Source: Candidatus Multivoradales bacterium | GTDB lineage: Bacteria > Acidobacteriota > Thermoanaerobaculia > Multivoradales > J023 | Length of the DNA: 64,000 nt | Assembly (NCBI GenBank): GCA_965248925.1 | Contig: CBDFLE010000006.1 | Span: 1,536,001-1,600,000, forward strand | Direction of reading: 5' to 3' | Shown here: in pieces, positions 21,229 to 31,429 of the stretch | Layout of the letters: each line of letters opens with the position of its first letter | Numbering within the stretch: position 1 is the stretch's first letter | The notes under the pieces: model-generated | Database searches by the model: none | Told to the model about the DNA's origin: nothing | What the model saw: only the letters and a program-made list of their open reading frames with translations | Program-made: the position numbers and the translations under genes

Positions 21229-23028
21229 GTGCCGGAACCATCTCTCGACGATCTCATCGCTCAGATCCAACAGGGCATTGAAGACCACCAATTCGCTGGG
21301 GCGAGAGAGATCTTCAACGCCACCGTCAAGCGCTGGGGCGCCTCCCCCACCCTGACCCGACTACGCCGTGGACTCGAACGGGCCGAGCAAGAAGCCCACC
21401 GGCCACGAGTCGCACAATTCGAACAAGAGGCGCAGCAGCAGCTCACCCGCGGCAACTACGGCTCGGCGGTCGATGCCTTGCGCCAAGCCTGCGCGCTCTT
21501 GCCCCATGATGGCGACCTGCGACTGGCCCTGACACAGGCCGAGCGCGCGCTCAACCGCCACCAAGCGGCTCTGGCCCGCGAGCGCGAAGTCGGCCAGCAA
21601 GCGCAGCAAATCGAAGCCCTGATCGAAGCGGAGAGGCTCGAGGAGGCCCGTGCGGCATTGCGCGAAGCCCACCTATCCAGCGGCCGCCACCGAGCCTTTG
21701 AACGGCTCGAAGACCGCTTGCGCAAGCTCGAACGCCAACGCTTACGCCAGCGCGCGACCCGGCGCCTCGGCCGTGCTCGCGAGCTGCTCGCGGATAGCGA
21801 CTGGCACGGCGCGATGGCGGAACTCGACCGAGCTCTGGCAGAAGATCCGCAGCTCAGCGAAGCCGCGCAATTACGCCAACAAGCTCGATCTAGTTTGGAA
21901 CTTGAGCAGGGTCGCCATTTTACTGCCCAAGCGATCGATGAAGCTCGGCGAGATGTCGAGCGCTTACTCGCTGGCCGCGAGTTACGCAGCGCCGACCAGC
22001 GGCTCAGCGAAGCGGTTAGTTTGCTCGGTAGGCACCAGGTATTCAGCCAGCTCGGGCGGCGGATCGACGAGGTCAAAGCCGGCGTCCAGGCGGTCCGCCG
22101 CCGCGAATGGGCCGAGCGACGCCAGCGTGAGGCCGCCGCCAAGATTGGCGAAGCCGACCGCCTGCTGCGCGGCAGCCGCTATCAGGAAGCCCTGCAATGC
22201 CTGCAAACAGCCGAGAGCATCGAACCCGAGCTCGCCGGCCTGAAAGCAAAGCTGAGCACCGTGAGCGCAGCCCTTGAGCGCCAGCTGCAATCCCAGCAGC
22301 AGGTGCAGCCGGTGCCGGCGACACCACCGCGGCCGCAGCCAGCTAGCGTGCGGCAGCAGCTGCCAGGCTTCGGTAGACGCGGTCTACAGGCTCTTTCGGC
22401 CCTCGCCGGGGCCTTGGTCGCAAGCGAGCTGCTCGGCTGGATCGAGCAGCTTGAACCGCTAGCCAAGGCTCTTCGTTTCGGGCTGCTACTCATCGCCCTG
22501 GCCGCGCAGTTGGCCATCGCGCGGCACAGCGCGGAAGTTGTCGATGACCTGCCGGAGTGGCGCTCGCTGACAAGGCTACGGCCTCGCCTCTTGGACCTCG
22601 CCACTGTTCTCGGTTTGGCCGCGGTCTGCCTGGCGCCGCTGGGGCTGTTTGTCTGGTGGCGCGGCGCGGCGGGTCTGTTGGGAAATTCGGCCAGCCTGAT
22701 CAGTTGGTTGCTGGTGGTGTTGCTGGCTTGGCTCGGCCTCGCTGCGGGGGTCGTTGCCGGCACCGCCGCCGCTGGTTATGGCCGCTCGCGAGCTACATAC
22801 TTTCACCGCCATGCTAGAGCCTGGGTGCTGGCGGAGGTTGATAGCCACCAGCTGGTCACCGGACTGGCTGGCACCTTGACTATTGCCCTGCTGGCTCGTG
22901 CTCTGCTGGGTCTGCCGGGACAGCTTCTCGCCGCGATCCTAGAAGCCGGAATGCTGCTTGGGGTACCGCTTCTGGCCGGCCGAATGCTGCGCCACTGGCG
23001 CTCCCGAGAGCCGGCGCTCTACGGCTGA
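21229..23028 (+). CDS. TPR/helical-repeat protein with C-terminal multi-TM domain
   Basis: TPR-like helices over about aa 1-350, a Pro/Gln linker, then ~6 hydrophobic segments. Confidence 0.7.
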   Translation: MPEPSLDDLIAQIQQGIEDHQFAGAREIFNATVKRWGASPTLTRLRRGLERAEQEAHRPRVAQFEQEAQQQLTRGNYGSAVDALRQACALLPHDGDLRLALTQAERALNRHQAALAREREVGQQAQQIEALIEAERLEEARAALREAHLSSGRHRAFERLEDRLRKLERQRLRQRATRRLGRARELLADSDWHGAMAELDRALAEDPQLSEAAQLRQQARSSLELEQGRHFTAQAIDEARRDVERLLAGRELRSADQRLSEAVSLLGRHQVFSQLGRRIDEVKAGVQAVRRREWAERRQREAAAKIGEADRLLRGSRYQEALQCLQTAESIEPELAGLKAKLSTVSAALERQLQSQQQVQPVPATPPRPQPASVRQQLPGFGRRGLQALSALAGALVASELLGWIEQLEPLAKALRFGLLLIALAAQLAIARHSAEVVDDLPEWRSLTRLRPRLLDLATVLGLAAVCLAPLGLFVWWRGAAGLLGNSASLISWLLVVLLAWLGLAAGVVAGTAAAGYGRSRATYFHRHARAWVLAEVDSHQLVTGLAGTLTIALLARALLGLPGQLLAAILEAGMLLGVPLLAGRMLRHWRSREPALYG

Positions 23029-23708
23029 GCCTCGACCACCGCTTGATCCTCGGCGCTCGACTCACCTGGCAGCAAAGTCGCCAGGGCCTCCTCCGCCAAC
23101 GTCAACAGATCCTCTGCAGCCGCCACGCTGCCAACATCTGGGACCTCGCCAAGGAGCTTGAAGGCTCTTTCGAGGGTCTGCTGGGCGGGGTGTAAGGGAG
23201 CATAGGCTAGCCAGGCTTCAGCCCTTGGTAGCTGCAGCTCGATCACCGCCAGCCGGTTGTGCCAAATCGGTCCCCAGGCATGAAACCGGTTCCACATCTG
23301 ACGCTGGCGCACCGATTCGTCGCCCTTGAGCCCGACGAAAGACGGCAGCTCGTCGCGCCCCTCCTCGATCAGAGCCTGCAGCTGCGGTGGCACCGCTAGC
23401 AGCAGCCACTCGAGCTGCTGGAAACTCGGCAAAGGCGGTAGCTTGGGAGGAGGCGGGACGGCAGCCGCTGGAAAAGGGTCCGCTAGCACCACCGGAACCT
23501 CTGTCGCAGCGCTCACAGGCGGCAAGCCAAGCCACCGCACCAAGGCTCCGCGAGAGGCGAAAAGGGCGACGCCCAGCGCCACCAAGAGCAGGGCGCTCAG
23601 CGCTCGCCAAGGCCAAGGCGACCCACCACCGGCCAGCGCTCGAGCGTCGGGGGCCATATCTGCGGTCGCCGCTTGGCGGTGGGAAGACGCGGGTGGTTGT
23701 TCACTCAT
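23019..23708 (-). CDS. Hypothetical membrane-anchored protein
   Basis: One TM segment, Pro-rich linker, helical C-terminal domain. Start uncertain (23708 or 23771). Confidence 0.6.
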   Translation of the reverse strand: MSEQPPASSHRQAATADMAPDARALAGGGSPWPWRALSALLLVALGVALFASRGALVRWLGLPPVSAATEVPVVLADPFPAAAVPPPPKLPPLPSFQQLEWLLLAVPPQLQALIEEGRDELPSFVGLKGDESVRQRQMWNRFHAWGPIWHNRLAVIELQLPRAEAWLAYAPLHPAQQTLERAFKLLGEVPDVGSVAAAEDLLTLAEEALATLLPGESSAEDQAVVEAQP

Positions 23709-23809
23709 CAGAGTTAGCTTCTCGCGGTGGGGTTCGATTGCTTGCAGCGAAACAAGGTACCACAGACCCACAGGCGGTAAAGAGGCGTAGATCAGGGTAG
23801 AATCCTCGG

Positions 23810-24892
23810 GTGAGCGAGCCCGAGCCTATCCGCCGGATCCTGCACTGCGACATGGACTGCTTCTACGCCGCGGTGCATATGCGCGACGACCCATCGCTGC
23901 GCGGCCGGCCGGTGGTGATCGGCGGCAGTCCACAAGGACGCGGCGTGGTGGCGGCGGCGAACTATGAAGCCCGCGAGTTTGGCGTTCGTTCAGCAATGCC
24001 CGCCGCCCAGGCCCTCCGGCGCTGCCCGCGACTCATCTTCATCAAGCCCGAATTCCCGCGCTATCGCCACGAATCCCAAGCCATCTTCGAGATCTTCCGC
24101 CAACTGACCCCCTTGGTACAGCCCGCCTCCCTCGACGAAGCCTATCTCGATGTCTCAGAGCACCTGGAGCCCTGGGGCAGCGCCACCGCCATCGCCCGAG
24201 AGATTCGCCGCCGGGTGGCGAGCGAGCGCCAGCTGACCGTGTCGGTAGGTGTTGGGCCCAACAAGCTGATCGCCAAGATCGCCTCAGACTTCGACAAACC
24301 AGACGGCCTAACGGTGGTCAAACCAGACCAGATCGATACTTTCCTCGAACCGTTGTCGGTCCGCCGCCTGCACGGCGTCGGGCCAGCCACCGAGCGCTCC
24401 CTCGGCGAACTCGGGATTCGCACCATCGCCGAGTTACGGCGGCTGGAGGTCGAGGTGCTCGAACGCCGCTTCGGCCGCCATGGCCGCGGGCTCTACGACT
24501 TTAGCCGCGGTATCGACCGCCGCCCGGTGCGCACCCACCACGAGCGAAAGAGCCTCGGCCACGAGCGCACTTACGCCCACGATCTGCGCCAAATCCAGCA
24601 GATGGACGAGGAACTTGAGCGCCTCGCCGCCCAGGTGGCCGCCGGCTTAGAGCTTCGCGACTTGTCGGCTCGGACAGTGACCGTCAAAGTGCGCTATCCG
24701 GACTTCACCACCCTCACTCGCTCGCGCACTCTGCCGTTGCCAACCGCTTCGGCCAGCCGTCTCACCGCCTTGGCCCACGAATTACTGCGCGCTACCGACG
24801 CCGGCCAGCGCGGTGTTCGCTTGTTGGGGGTCACCGGCTCGGGGCTCGAGAGTGGAGCCCCGGAGCAGCTCTGGTTATTTGCCGCTCCTTGA
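23810..24892 (+). CDS. dinB: DNA polymerase IV
   Basis: ILHCDMDCFYAAV, NYEAREFGVRSAMP, SLDEAYLD, AKIASDFDKPDG. Confidence 0.97.
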   Translation: MSEPEPIRRILHCDMDCFYAAVHMRDDPSLRGRPVVIGGSPQGRGVVAAANYEAREFGVRSAMPAAQALRRCPRLIFIKPEFPRYRHESQAIFEIFRQLTPLVQPASLDEAYLDVSEHLEPWGSATAIAREIRRRVASERQLTVSVGVGPNKLIAKIASDFDKPDGLTVVKPDQIDTFLEPLSVRRLHGVGPATERSLGELGIRTIAELRRLEVEVLERRFGRHGRGLYDFSRGIDRRPVRTHHERKSLGHERTYAHDLRQIQQMDEELERLAAQVAAGLELRDLSARTVTVKVRYPDFTTLTRSRTLPLPTASASRLTALAHELLRATDAGQRGVRLLGVTGSGLESGAPEQLWLFAAP

Positions 24893-24899
24893 GCTGAGA

Positions 24900-26333
24900 T
24901 CAGAGCCGGAAGGATCTCTCCAAGGCGCCCCGGGTCGCCAGCAAGAGCAGCGCTACCAGCACGGTCACCACCACCAGGGGGCTCACCGCGAGCTGCAAAC
25001 CTAGACTCTCAGCCCCCAGGCGAGCGAGCTTGCCAAAAGCACCCAGGGCAAGCCACACCGCGATCATCCGACCGGCCTGTCGCCGACCGGCCAGACTGCT
25101 GACCGCGTCGAGCCCAGCTGGCACCAGCAGCGCATCACCGCAGGCGGCGAGCAGCGACATCACCAGCAGCCAACCAACACCCGGCGCCTGGTGTTGCGAA
25201 AGCAGCATGCCGACCGCCACTAGCCACCAGCCAGCAGCCGCCAGCAGCAATCCCACCGCCAAACGAGTGAAGAGGGCCGGCAGCCGCCGTCCCAGGCGAC
25301 GCCAAAGCACTAGTAGGGCCAGCGAGAGGGCGGCCAAGGAGAGAAAATCTTTGATCACCAGCCAGCGGGCCGGAAATTTCCAGCCCAACAACCAACGATC
25401 AAGATGCAGCTTATGCAGGTCGGTGATCGGTACGGCGGTCAGCTCTAGGCCCACGGCGTAGATCAACGCCACCCCCAGAACGACCCCCAAGACTCGCCGG
25501 GCGGGCAAGGTCGGAGGCTCATCTCGACGCAACTGGCGAACTAGCCAGAAGACCGCCACGGCCGCGGTCAGCAAGAGCAGTCCCAGCGTCGAGTGTTGGA
25601 CCTCCAGGACTGAGACCACTCGGCCACTGCTCAGCCAGGCGGCCAAACCGGCAAAGCTCAAGCAGACCACCGCCACCCAGCTAGCCGGCCGACCACCGCG
25701 CGGCCGCCAGGCGGGCAGGTGGCGAGCCGCCGCCCACAAGTGCATCAGCCCCGCGGCCATCGCCAGAGCGGCAGCAACAAAGCCCAAGGGCCAGCCAAAC
25801 CACCCCCCCACCAAGGCCGGCAGCGGATAGCCGAGCAGAGCCCCCAGGTTGATACCCAGGTAAACCACGGTAAAACCCACCGCTCGCCGCAGCCCGAGCC
25901 AGCTCGAGTCATCCCTACCGTAGAGTTCACTCAAGGTGACGATCAAGGCAGGTCGGAAGAGGCCAATGCCACAGGCATTTAGCAGCAGTCCGGCGGTCAG
26001 AGCGACGGTGTTGGCGCCGGCCGCGAGCAACAGGCCGGCGACGATCAACAAACCGCCGAGGACCAGTGACCAGCGACAGCCGAGCCAACGATCAACTACC
26101 CAGCCACCAGCCAGCATGGCCACCAACACGGTCGCTGAGTAGAGGCCGTAGAAAGCTGGAATCAGTCCGAGACCGACCCCCAGGCCGGCCTGAGGATCGA
26201 CCCAGAAAAGAACCAGCAGCACTAGCAGACCGTAATAGGCCAGCCGCTCCCAGAGCTGAGCGAAGAAAATCGCCGTCAGGCCCGGCGGCTGACCAGCGCC
26301 CCACCTGCTACGTGAACCGCCGCTGGCCTGCAT
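24900..26333 (-). CDS. Divergent POT/PTR-family peptide transporter paralog
   Basis: QLWERLAYYG and YLGINLGA; ~14 TM segments; tandem with the canonical copy. Confidence 0.8.
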   Translation of the reverse strand: MQASGGSRSRWGAGQPPGLTAIFFAQLWERLAYYGLLVLLVLFWVDPQAGLGVGLGLIPAFYGLYSATVLVAMLAGGWVVDRWLGCRWSLVLGGLLIVAGLLLAAGANTVALTAGLLLNACGIGLFRPALIVTLSELYGRDDSSWLGLRRAVGFTVVYLGINLGALLGYPLPALVGGWFGWPLGFVAAALAMAAGLMHLWAAARHLPAWRPRGGRPASWVAVVCLSFAGLAAWLSSGRVVSVLEVQHSTLGLLLLTAAVAVFWLVRQLRRDEPPTLPARRVLGVVLGVALIYAVGLELTAVPITDLHKLHLDRWLLGWKFPARWLVIKDFLSLAALSLALLVLWRRLGRRLPALFTRLAVGLLLAAAGWWLVAVGMLLSQHQAPGVGWLLVMSLLAACGDALLVPAGLDAVSSLAGRRQAGRMIAVWLALGAFGKLARLGAESLGLQLAVSPLVVVTVLVALLLLATRGALERSFRL

Positions 26334-26356
26334 GGTCGGTTACATCAACAATCGGG

Positions 26357-27922
26357 TCAATGAACGCCGCCCATCAGTCGACGGACGGGTTTGACGATCG
26401 CCGCCATCGCTAGAGCAACTACCACCGAGGTCACGAAGACCGCGCCAAAGAGTTGCGGCAGCGGGAATTTGTCGAACAGCCCAGCGACTTGCCCACCGAC
26501 ATAGTTGCCGACCGCCGCGGCCATGAACCAGACCCCCATCATCTGCCCGGAGATCCGCGCCGGGGCCAACTTGGTCATCGTCGACAGACCGACCGGGCTG
26601 AGACAGAGTTCGCCAACCGTGTGCAAGAAGTACACCGCCAACAACCACAGCGGACTCACCCGACCGCCTTCAGGCCCTGAGAACATGGCTCCGAAGGCCA
26701 ACACCAGGAATCCGATACCGACCAAGAACAGGCCGCCGGAGAATTTGGCCGGACTTGAGGGCTCGCGCTCACCGAGGCGAGTCCAGAGCAAGGCGAAAGG
26801 CGCCGCCAAGAGAACGATGAAAAGAGCATTCGCCGACTGCCACCATGAAGAAGGGAAGCTCAGTCCAGCCACTGAGTTGTCGGTAAACTGCTCGGCAAAC
26901 AGCGTCATCGTCGAACCGGCTTGCTCAAAGGCCGACCAGAACAACGCCGCGGCGAAGAAAAAGACCGGAATGGCGTAGATGCGCTTGCGCTCGACTTCCG
27001 ACCAGCCCTTCTGGGTGAGGAGGAAGATGAAATAGCCGATCGGGAAGGCGATGACCAAATAGCCCATCCAGCGCACCAAAGCAGGCTGCTTCTCTTCCGC
27101 TCCCTCAAGCGCCACCGCTTGGTCTACGGAGCCTGAGTTGAACAGTGAGTCCGCATTGAAGACTAGCCCGCCAATTATCACGATCGCGAGTACCGCACAG
27201 CTGGTCAAAAAGAGCTTCTTGTTGCGCGCGAATTGAGCGTCATCACCGCGACCCGGCGCCACCAGGCCGGCATTACCGAGGTTCTTGCCAGTCAGCACGT
27301 ACTGCAAGAGGCCAAAGGTCATGCCCACTGCGGCGGCGCCAAATGCCCAATGCCAGCTACTCTCAGGCGACCACCCTCTGTTTTCCAGAAAGCCTTTGAA
27401 CCACGGATGCTGGGCCAGGAACCCACAAGCGAGTGGGGCGCCAAATGCGCCGAGGTTGATACCCATGTAAAAAATCGAAAAGCCAGCATCCCGGCGAGCA
27501 TCCTGGTCTTTGTAGAGCTGACCGACCTGGCTGCTGATGTTCGGCTTGAGTAACCCAGTGCCGAGCACGATGAGGAACAGGCCGAGGTAGAAGGGGGGGA
27601 TACCGTGGAACATCAGGCTGATATGCCCGAGAGTGATAATCACGCCGCCGATAAAGACCGCCCGCCGTTGACCGATCAATCGGTCCGCAATCCAGCCTCC
27701 TGGCACCGCGGTCATATAGACCATAGCGGTGTAGAGACCGTAGATGGGCCCCGCTTTCGCTGCTGACCAGCCGAAACCACCAGCGATTACCGGCGTGGTC
27801 ATGAAGAGGATCAGGATTGCGCGCATGCCGTAGTAGCTGAAGCGTTCCCACATTTCGGTGAAGAACAGGGTCATCAGCCCTCGGGGATGCCCAAACCACT
27901 GTCTATCGGTAGCCTCACTCAT
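26357..27922 (-). CDS. Proton-dependent oligopeptide transporter (POT/PTR family)
   Basis: FGHPRGL, EMWERFSYYG, GLLKPN, FYMGINLG, GELCLSP; GGAGG RBS before ATG 27922. Confidence 0.95.
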   Translation of the reverse strand: MSEATDRQWFGHPRGLMTLFFTEMWERFSYYGMRAILILFMTTPVIAGGFGWSAAKAGPIYGLYTAMVYMTAVPGGWIADRLIGQRRAVFIGGVIITLGHISLMFHGIPPFYLGLFLIVLGTGLLKPNISSQVGQLYKDQDARRDAGFSIFYMGINLGAFGAPLACGFLAQHPWFKGFLENRGWSPESSWHWAFGAAAVGMTFGLLQYVLTGKNLGNAGLVAPGRGDDAQFARNKKLFLTSCAVLAIVIIGGLVFNADSLFNSGSVDQAVALEGAEEKQPALVRWMGYLVIAFPIGYFIFLLTQKGWSEVERKRIYAIPVFFFAAALFWSAFEQAGSTMTLFAEQFTDNSVAGLSFPSSWWQSANALFIVLLAAPFALLWTRLGEREPSSPAKFSGGLFLVGIGFLVLAFGAMFSGPEGGRVSPLWLLAVYFLHTVGELCLSPVGLSTMTKLAPARISGQMMGVWFMAAAVGNYVGGQVAGLFDKFPLPQLFGAVFVTSVVVALAMAAIVKPVRRLMGGVH

Positions 27923-28183
27923 TCTGATTCCTCCGGTTGGTCGACATCGGTGAGCCACATCCAACGCGGACGGCCCTTGCCCCATGCACAGCAAGATCCA
28001 TTCCCCGCTTGTCGCGGTCGGTCGACGACCCACCGACCGCAGCGGAGATGTCTCGCACTGCTGGGGAAGGTTAAGAGCTGGACACGAGCGTCGGCGGAAG
28101 AATACGGGGAACCCGCGGCAACCGCAAGCCGCCAGCGAAGGGGGGACCAGGGGTCTGTTGACTGGGATCTGAGTGCGGGAAGA

Positions 28184-28260
28184 TGGTCGGGGCGAGAGGA
28201 TTCGAACCTCCGGCCTCACGGTCCCGAACCGTGCGCTCTACCAGGCTGAGCTACGCCCCG
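28184..28260 (-). tRNA. tRNA-Pro (anticodon CGG)
   Basis: CGGGGCGTAGCTCAGCCTGGTAGAGCGCACGGTTCGGGACCGTGAGGCCGGAGGTTCGAATCCTCTCGCCCCGACCA: 77-nt cloverleaf with encoded CCA. Confidence 0.97.
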
Positions 28261-28556
28261 TGCATACTGAAGAACCGAGCGGCGAAGACAATCGCCGCCG
28301 CGGGCCGTGAAGGATACCTCCGGCAATCGTTCGTGGTCAAGTCTGGAAATGCAGCAAATCCCGTCGCGCCGAAGCGATGTACCGTCCTCCCCCGGTGACA
28401 GGCGGCGCACCTACCAAGGGACACTCGCCGTCCCCCCTTGGCCCGCTCGCGGCGCGCTGCGACTTGGCTCGAGCTTTGCTACTCTGAACCACAGCACCAC
28501 CCTGGCGGATATGCTCTCTATGCCATTGGCCACCGCCCTCGACTCTGGAGATTGCC

Positions 28557-29663
28557 ATGACCCGACTCACAGCCCCATACCTCGTCATCCCAATGCTCGC
28601 GGCCATGCTACTTGCTGTTTCCGGCGCTCACGCCCAGGACTCACCGGCCGCCACCTACCAAGACTTGGTTGAGGTTTCAGAGGTGCTACTCGATGTCCTG
28701 GTCACTGACCGCCAGGGCAATGTGGTTCTCGGCCTGGATACCGAAGACTTCGTGATTGAAGAAGAGGGGCAGCCGGTCAAAGTGACCGGGGTGTCGTTCT
28801 ACAGCAATCGCTTTCTACTGCAGGACACCGCCGAACAGCGCATCCAGCATCCCAACGAGGTGCTCGCGGACCGCTATTTCATCCTCTTCATCCACGATCA
28901 GAGACGTGCCGACACCGCCGGTACGCGATTGATTCGCCAGCAGCTCGACGCCGCCCGCCAGTCTAAACGCTGGGTGCTTGAGGAGATGCTGCAGGGCGAT
29001 TGGGTGGCGGTGGTGAGCTATGACGTCAAACTCAAGATCCATAACGACTTCACCCAAGACCGCGAGGCATTGCTGAGCGCTCTGGACCGGGCGGCCCGCG
29101 GCAAGGAATCCACCAACCAATGGCGCTCGCGCCGCGCCGATATTCCCGAAGGCCGCCCCTCACTGCTAAGTAGCCTGCCGGAAGGCAAGGATCTCCGCAA
29201 ACAGACCGTCCGCCTGTACGACGGCCTGCGCCTCACCGCCGAGGCCACCCGCGGCATCCTCGGGCGCAAGAATCTGCTGCTCTTCACGATCGGTTTCGGC
29301 CAGCTGGACGGCGTCCGTCCCTTCGCCACTCCTGACCGCCGCTACTATCCGCAGATGATGCACGCGCTCAACGACAACAACGTGGCGATCTATCCGATCG
29401 ATCTGACACCGCCGGAGTTCGAGCACTCACAGAGTGACTTTCTCAACCAACTGGCCAACGACACCGGCGGCTTCTATCACCAGACTTTCATCAACTTCCT
29501 GACCCCGATGCGAGAGATCGCCGACGAGGCCAACGGCTACTACCTGCTGAGCTTCCGCGCCCAGCACCCAGCGGGCGAGAGCGGCTATCGCTCGGTAAAA
29601 GTGAGGCCGCGCAATAGAGACTTCAAGGTTCGCTATCGTCAAGGCTATCGCTTCGGCAGCTGA
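28557..29663 (+). CDS. Secreted VWA-domain protein (Acidobacteria VWFA type)
   Basis: Signal peptide; VLLDVLVTDRQG..V.GL..EDF.IEEEG; LANDTGG; YYLLSF; RQGY end. Confidence 0.85.
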   Translation: MTRLTAPYLVIPMLAAMLLAVSGAHAQDSPAATYQDLVEVSEVLLDVLVTDRQGNVVLGLDTEDFVIEEEGQPVKVTGVSFYSNRFLLQDTAEQRIQHPNEVLADRYFILFIHDQRRADTAGTRLIRQQLDAARQSKRWVLEEMLQGDWVAVVSYDVKLKIHNDFTQDREALLSALDRAARGKESTNQWRSRRADIPEGRPSLLSSLPEGKDLRKQTVRLYDGLRLTAEATRGILGRKNLLLFTIGFGQLDGVRPFATPDRRYYPQMMHALNDNNVAIYPIDLTPPEFEHSQSDFLNQLANDTGGFYHQTFINFLTPMREIADEANGYYLLSFRAQHPAGESGYRSVKVRPRNRDFKVRYRQGYRFGS

Positions 29664-29705
29664 GGCCGTAGCAGGTGGCTTGTGAGGAAAGCTGGGCGGG
29701 CTCGT

Positions 29706-30503
29706 TCAACCGCCGACGGCGGTCATGTCGTCATCGGCGGAGTCATCGGCGGCGCCATCCACCTCGAGCATTACCACGGTGACGTTGTCGAATCCACCGC
29801 GAGCATTGGCGTCGGTGATCAACCGCTGGCAGACCGCCTCGATCGACTCCCCGGCCACCACCCGCTGATGAATCTCGAGATCGCTGAGCATGGTGGTCAA
29901 GCCGTCCGAGCAGAGCAGAAAGAGGTCGCCCTGGCGCAAGCGGGTTTCGAGAACGTCGACCACCACCTCGCTATCGCCCCCAAGGGCGCGGGTGACGACA
30001 TTCTTCAAAGGATGGTTCTTGGCCTGCTCCTCGGAAAGATAGCCCGCCACCACCTGCTCGTTGACCCAAGTGTGGTCCTGGGTCAGCAACTCCATGCGAC
30101 CGTCGCGGATGCGGTATGCCCGGCTGTCGCCGACGTGGGCAACCGCGGCCACCTCGTCTTGCATGCTGACTCCCACCACCGTGGTACCCATGCCCAACAA
30201 CGAGCCGTCCTGACGAATGGCTTGCAGCACATGATCGTGAGCCAGGTGGATCGAACCTTGAAGGCGCTTGGAGTGATCGCGGAGAGAGTCGTCGTGATCG
30301 GCCGGTAGCCCACTGTCGACGTCGGCAATCACCTGAGTCATCGCTTCGACAGCGATCCGCGAAGCGACTTCGCCGTGATTGTGCCCACCCATACCGTCGG
30401 CAACAACATAGAGAGACCGAGCGTCGTCGACTCGAAAGCAGTCTTCGTTGTGGGTGCGCAACAACCCGGTGTCGGTCTGACCTGAAGACTTGACGCGCAA
30501 CAT
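29706..30503 (-). CDS. PP2C/PPM family Ser/Thr phosphatase (Stp1-like)
   Basis: RTHNED, VADGMGG, AHVGDSRAY, LLCSDGL, GGFDNVT. Confidence 0.95.
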   Translation of the reverse strand: MLRVKSSGQTDTGLLRTHNEDCFRVDDARSLYVVADGMGGHNHGEVASRIAVEAMTQVIADVDSGLPADHDDSLRDHSKRLQGSIHLAHDHVLQAIRQDGSLLGMGTTVVGVSMQDEVAAVAHVGDSRAYRIRDGRMELLTQDHTWVNEQVVAGYLSEEQAKNHPLKNVVTRALGGDSEVVVDVLETRLRQGDLFLLCSDGLTTMLSDLEIHQRVVAGESIEAVCQRLITDANARGGFDNVTVVMLEVDGAADDSADDDMTAVGG

Positions 30504-30543
30504 GTGAGGACTTCCCGGAGAAATAAGCAGTCGAATCGCTAGT

Positions 30544-31167
30544 TTACCGGCCGCCGCCAGCAGCGTCTTCCTTGAGCCTTGCCAGAGCCTTGCGGATCGA
30601 CGGATCCTGCCCAGCTATTCGAATTGCCCGATTGTAATACTGTTTGGCTTTGCTCGTCATCCCACTGCGGGAATAGATCTTGCCGGCCAGCTTCAAGTAG
30701 GAGACATCCCGCGGTCGCAGACCGCACGCTTGCTCGATAGCCTCGCGCGCTTTTCCGAGCCAGCGCTCGTTCTGCAGCGAGGTCAGGGCCAAATGATGCC
30801 AAGCTTGAGCGCTGTCGGCCTTGGTGTGGACGGCGCGGTTGAAGTTGTCCGCCGCTTCGATGAAATTCTGCTCGCGATAGGCACGGATGCCCCTATTCAT
30901 ATATACCCGCAAGAGATACTCAGGAGTCTGCGTTTCGAGTTCCTGGGGCCGGTCGAGGTCGCGGATATGCTGACGCCGCCGGATCGGGTCGATCAGCACA
31001 TTGAAGGCCGCCGTGATCTCTTGGAAATCATGTTCGGCCTGCTGCTTCTCAACCCCCTGAAAAAGGTCAGGGTGGCGCTCCCGAGCCAGCTCGCGGAATC
31101 GCTGCTTGATCTGTGCCCGGTCCGCGCTGCGCGAAACCGCCAGCACAGAGAAAAGGTCGGTGCTCAT
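30544..31167 (-). CDS. J-domain (HPD) plus TPR protein
   Basis: LARERHPD J-domain followed by TPRs; alternative start at 31239. Confidence 0.85.
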   Translation of the reverse strand: MSTDLFSVLAVSRSADRAQIKQRFRELARERHPDLFQGVEKQQAEHDFQEITAAFNVLIDPIRRRQHIRDLDRPQELETQTPEYLLRVYMNRGIRAYREQNFIEAADNFNRAVHTKADSAQAWHHLALTSLQNERWLGKAREAIEQACGLRPRDVSYLKLAGKIYSRSGMTSKAKQYYNRAIRIAGQDPSIRKALARLKEDAAGGGR

Positions 31168-31429
31168 TTGCGGGTCATTCCTCTGCTCACCTGATCGTCG
31201 GCGGCCCAACCGCGGCTGAGCCTTCTCGGTGACAGCCATTAGCTCCTAGTCTTCAGCTCCTTGCCGTCGCTCACGATCAACTCCCACCCTACTTCAGGTT
31301 GGAGGTTGGAACCTGAGACAGCCATTTTACCTACATCGACAACAGTTGGAGGAATATGCGTCGATTTGCTGGTTCTTGCCACCGCTGCCTCAGCTGCCAC
31401 CACTGCCTCAGCTGCCTCAGCTGAGCCGC

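Noticed and set aside
23770-23810. LexA boxes upstream of dinB (and uvrA)
   Set aside because: No shared palindrome or GTTC-N7-GTTC-type repeat seen in either upstream region.
27923-28219. N-terminal extension of the POT ORF
   Set aside because: It overlaps the tRNA-Pro gene; the RBS and homology start at 27922.
28184-28260. tRNA as the integration site of an island
   Set aside because: No duplicated tRNA 3' end and no integrase seen in the window.
31239-31325. 28-aa ORF coupled (TAATG) to the J-domain gene
   Set aside because: No motif, and the J-protein more plausibly starts at 31167, which removes the coupling.
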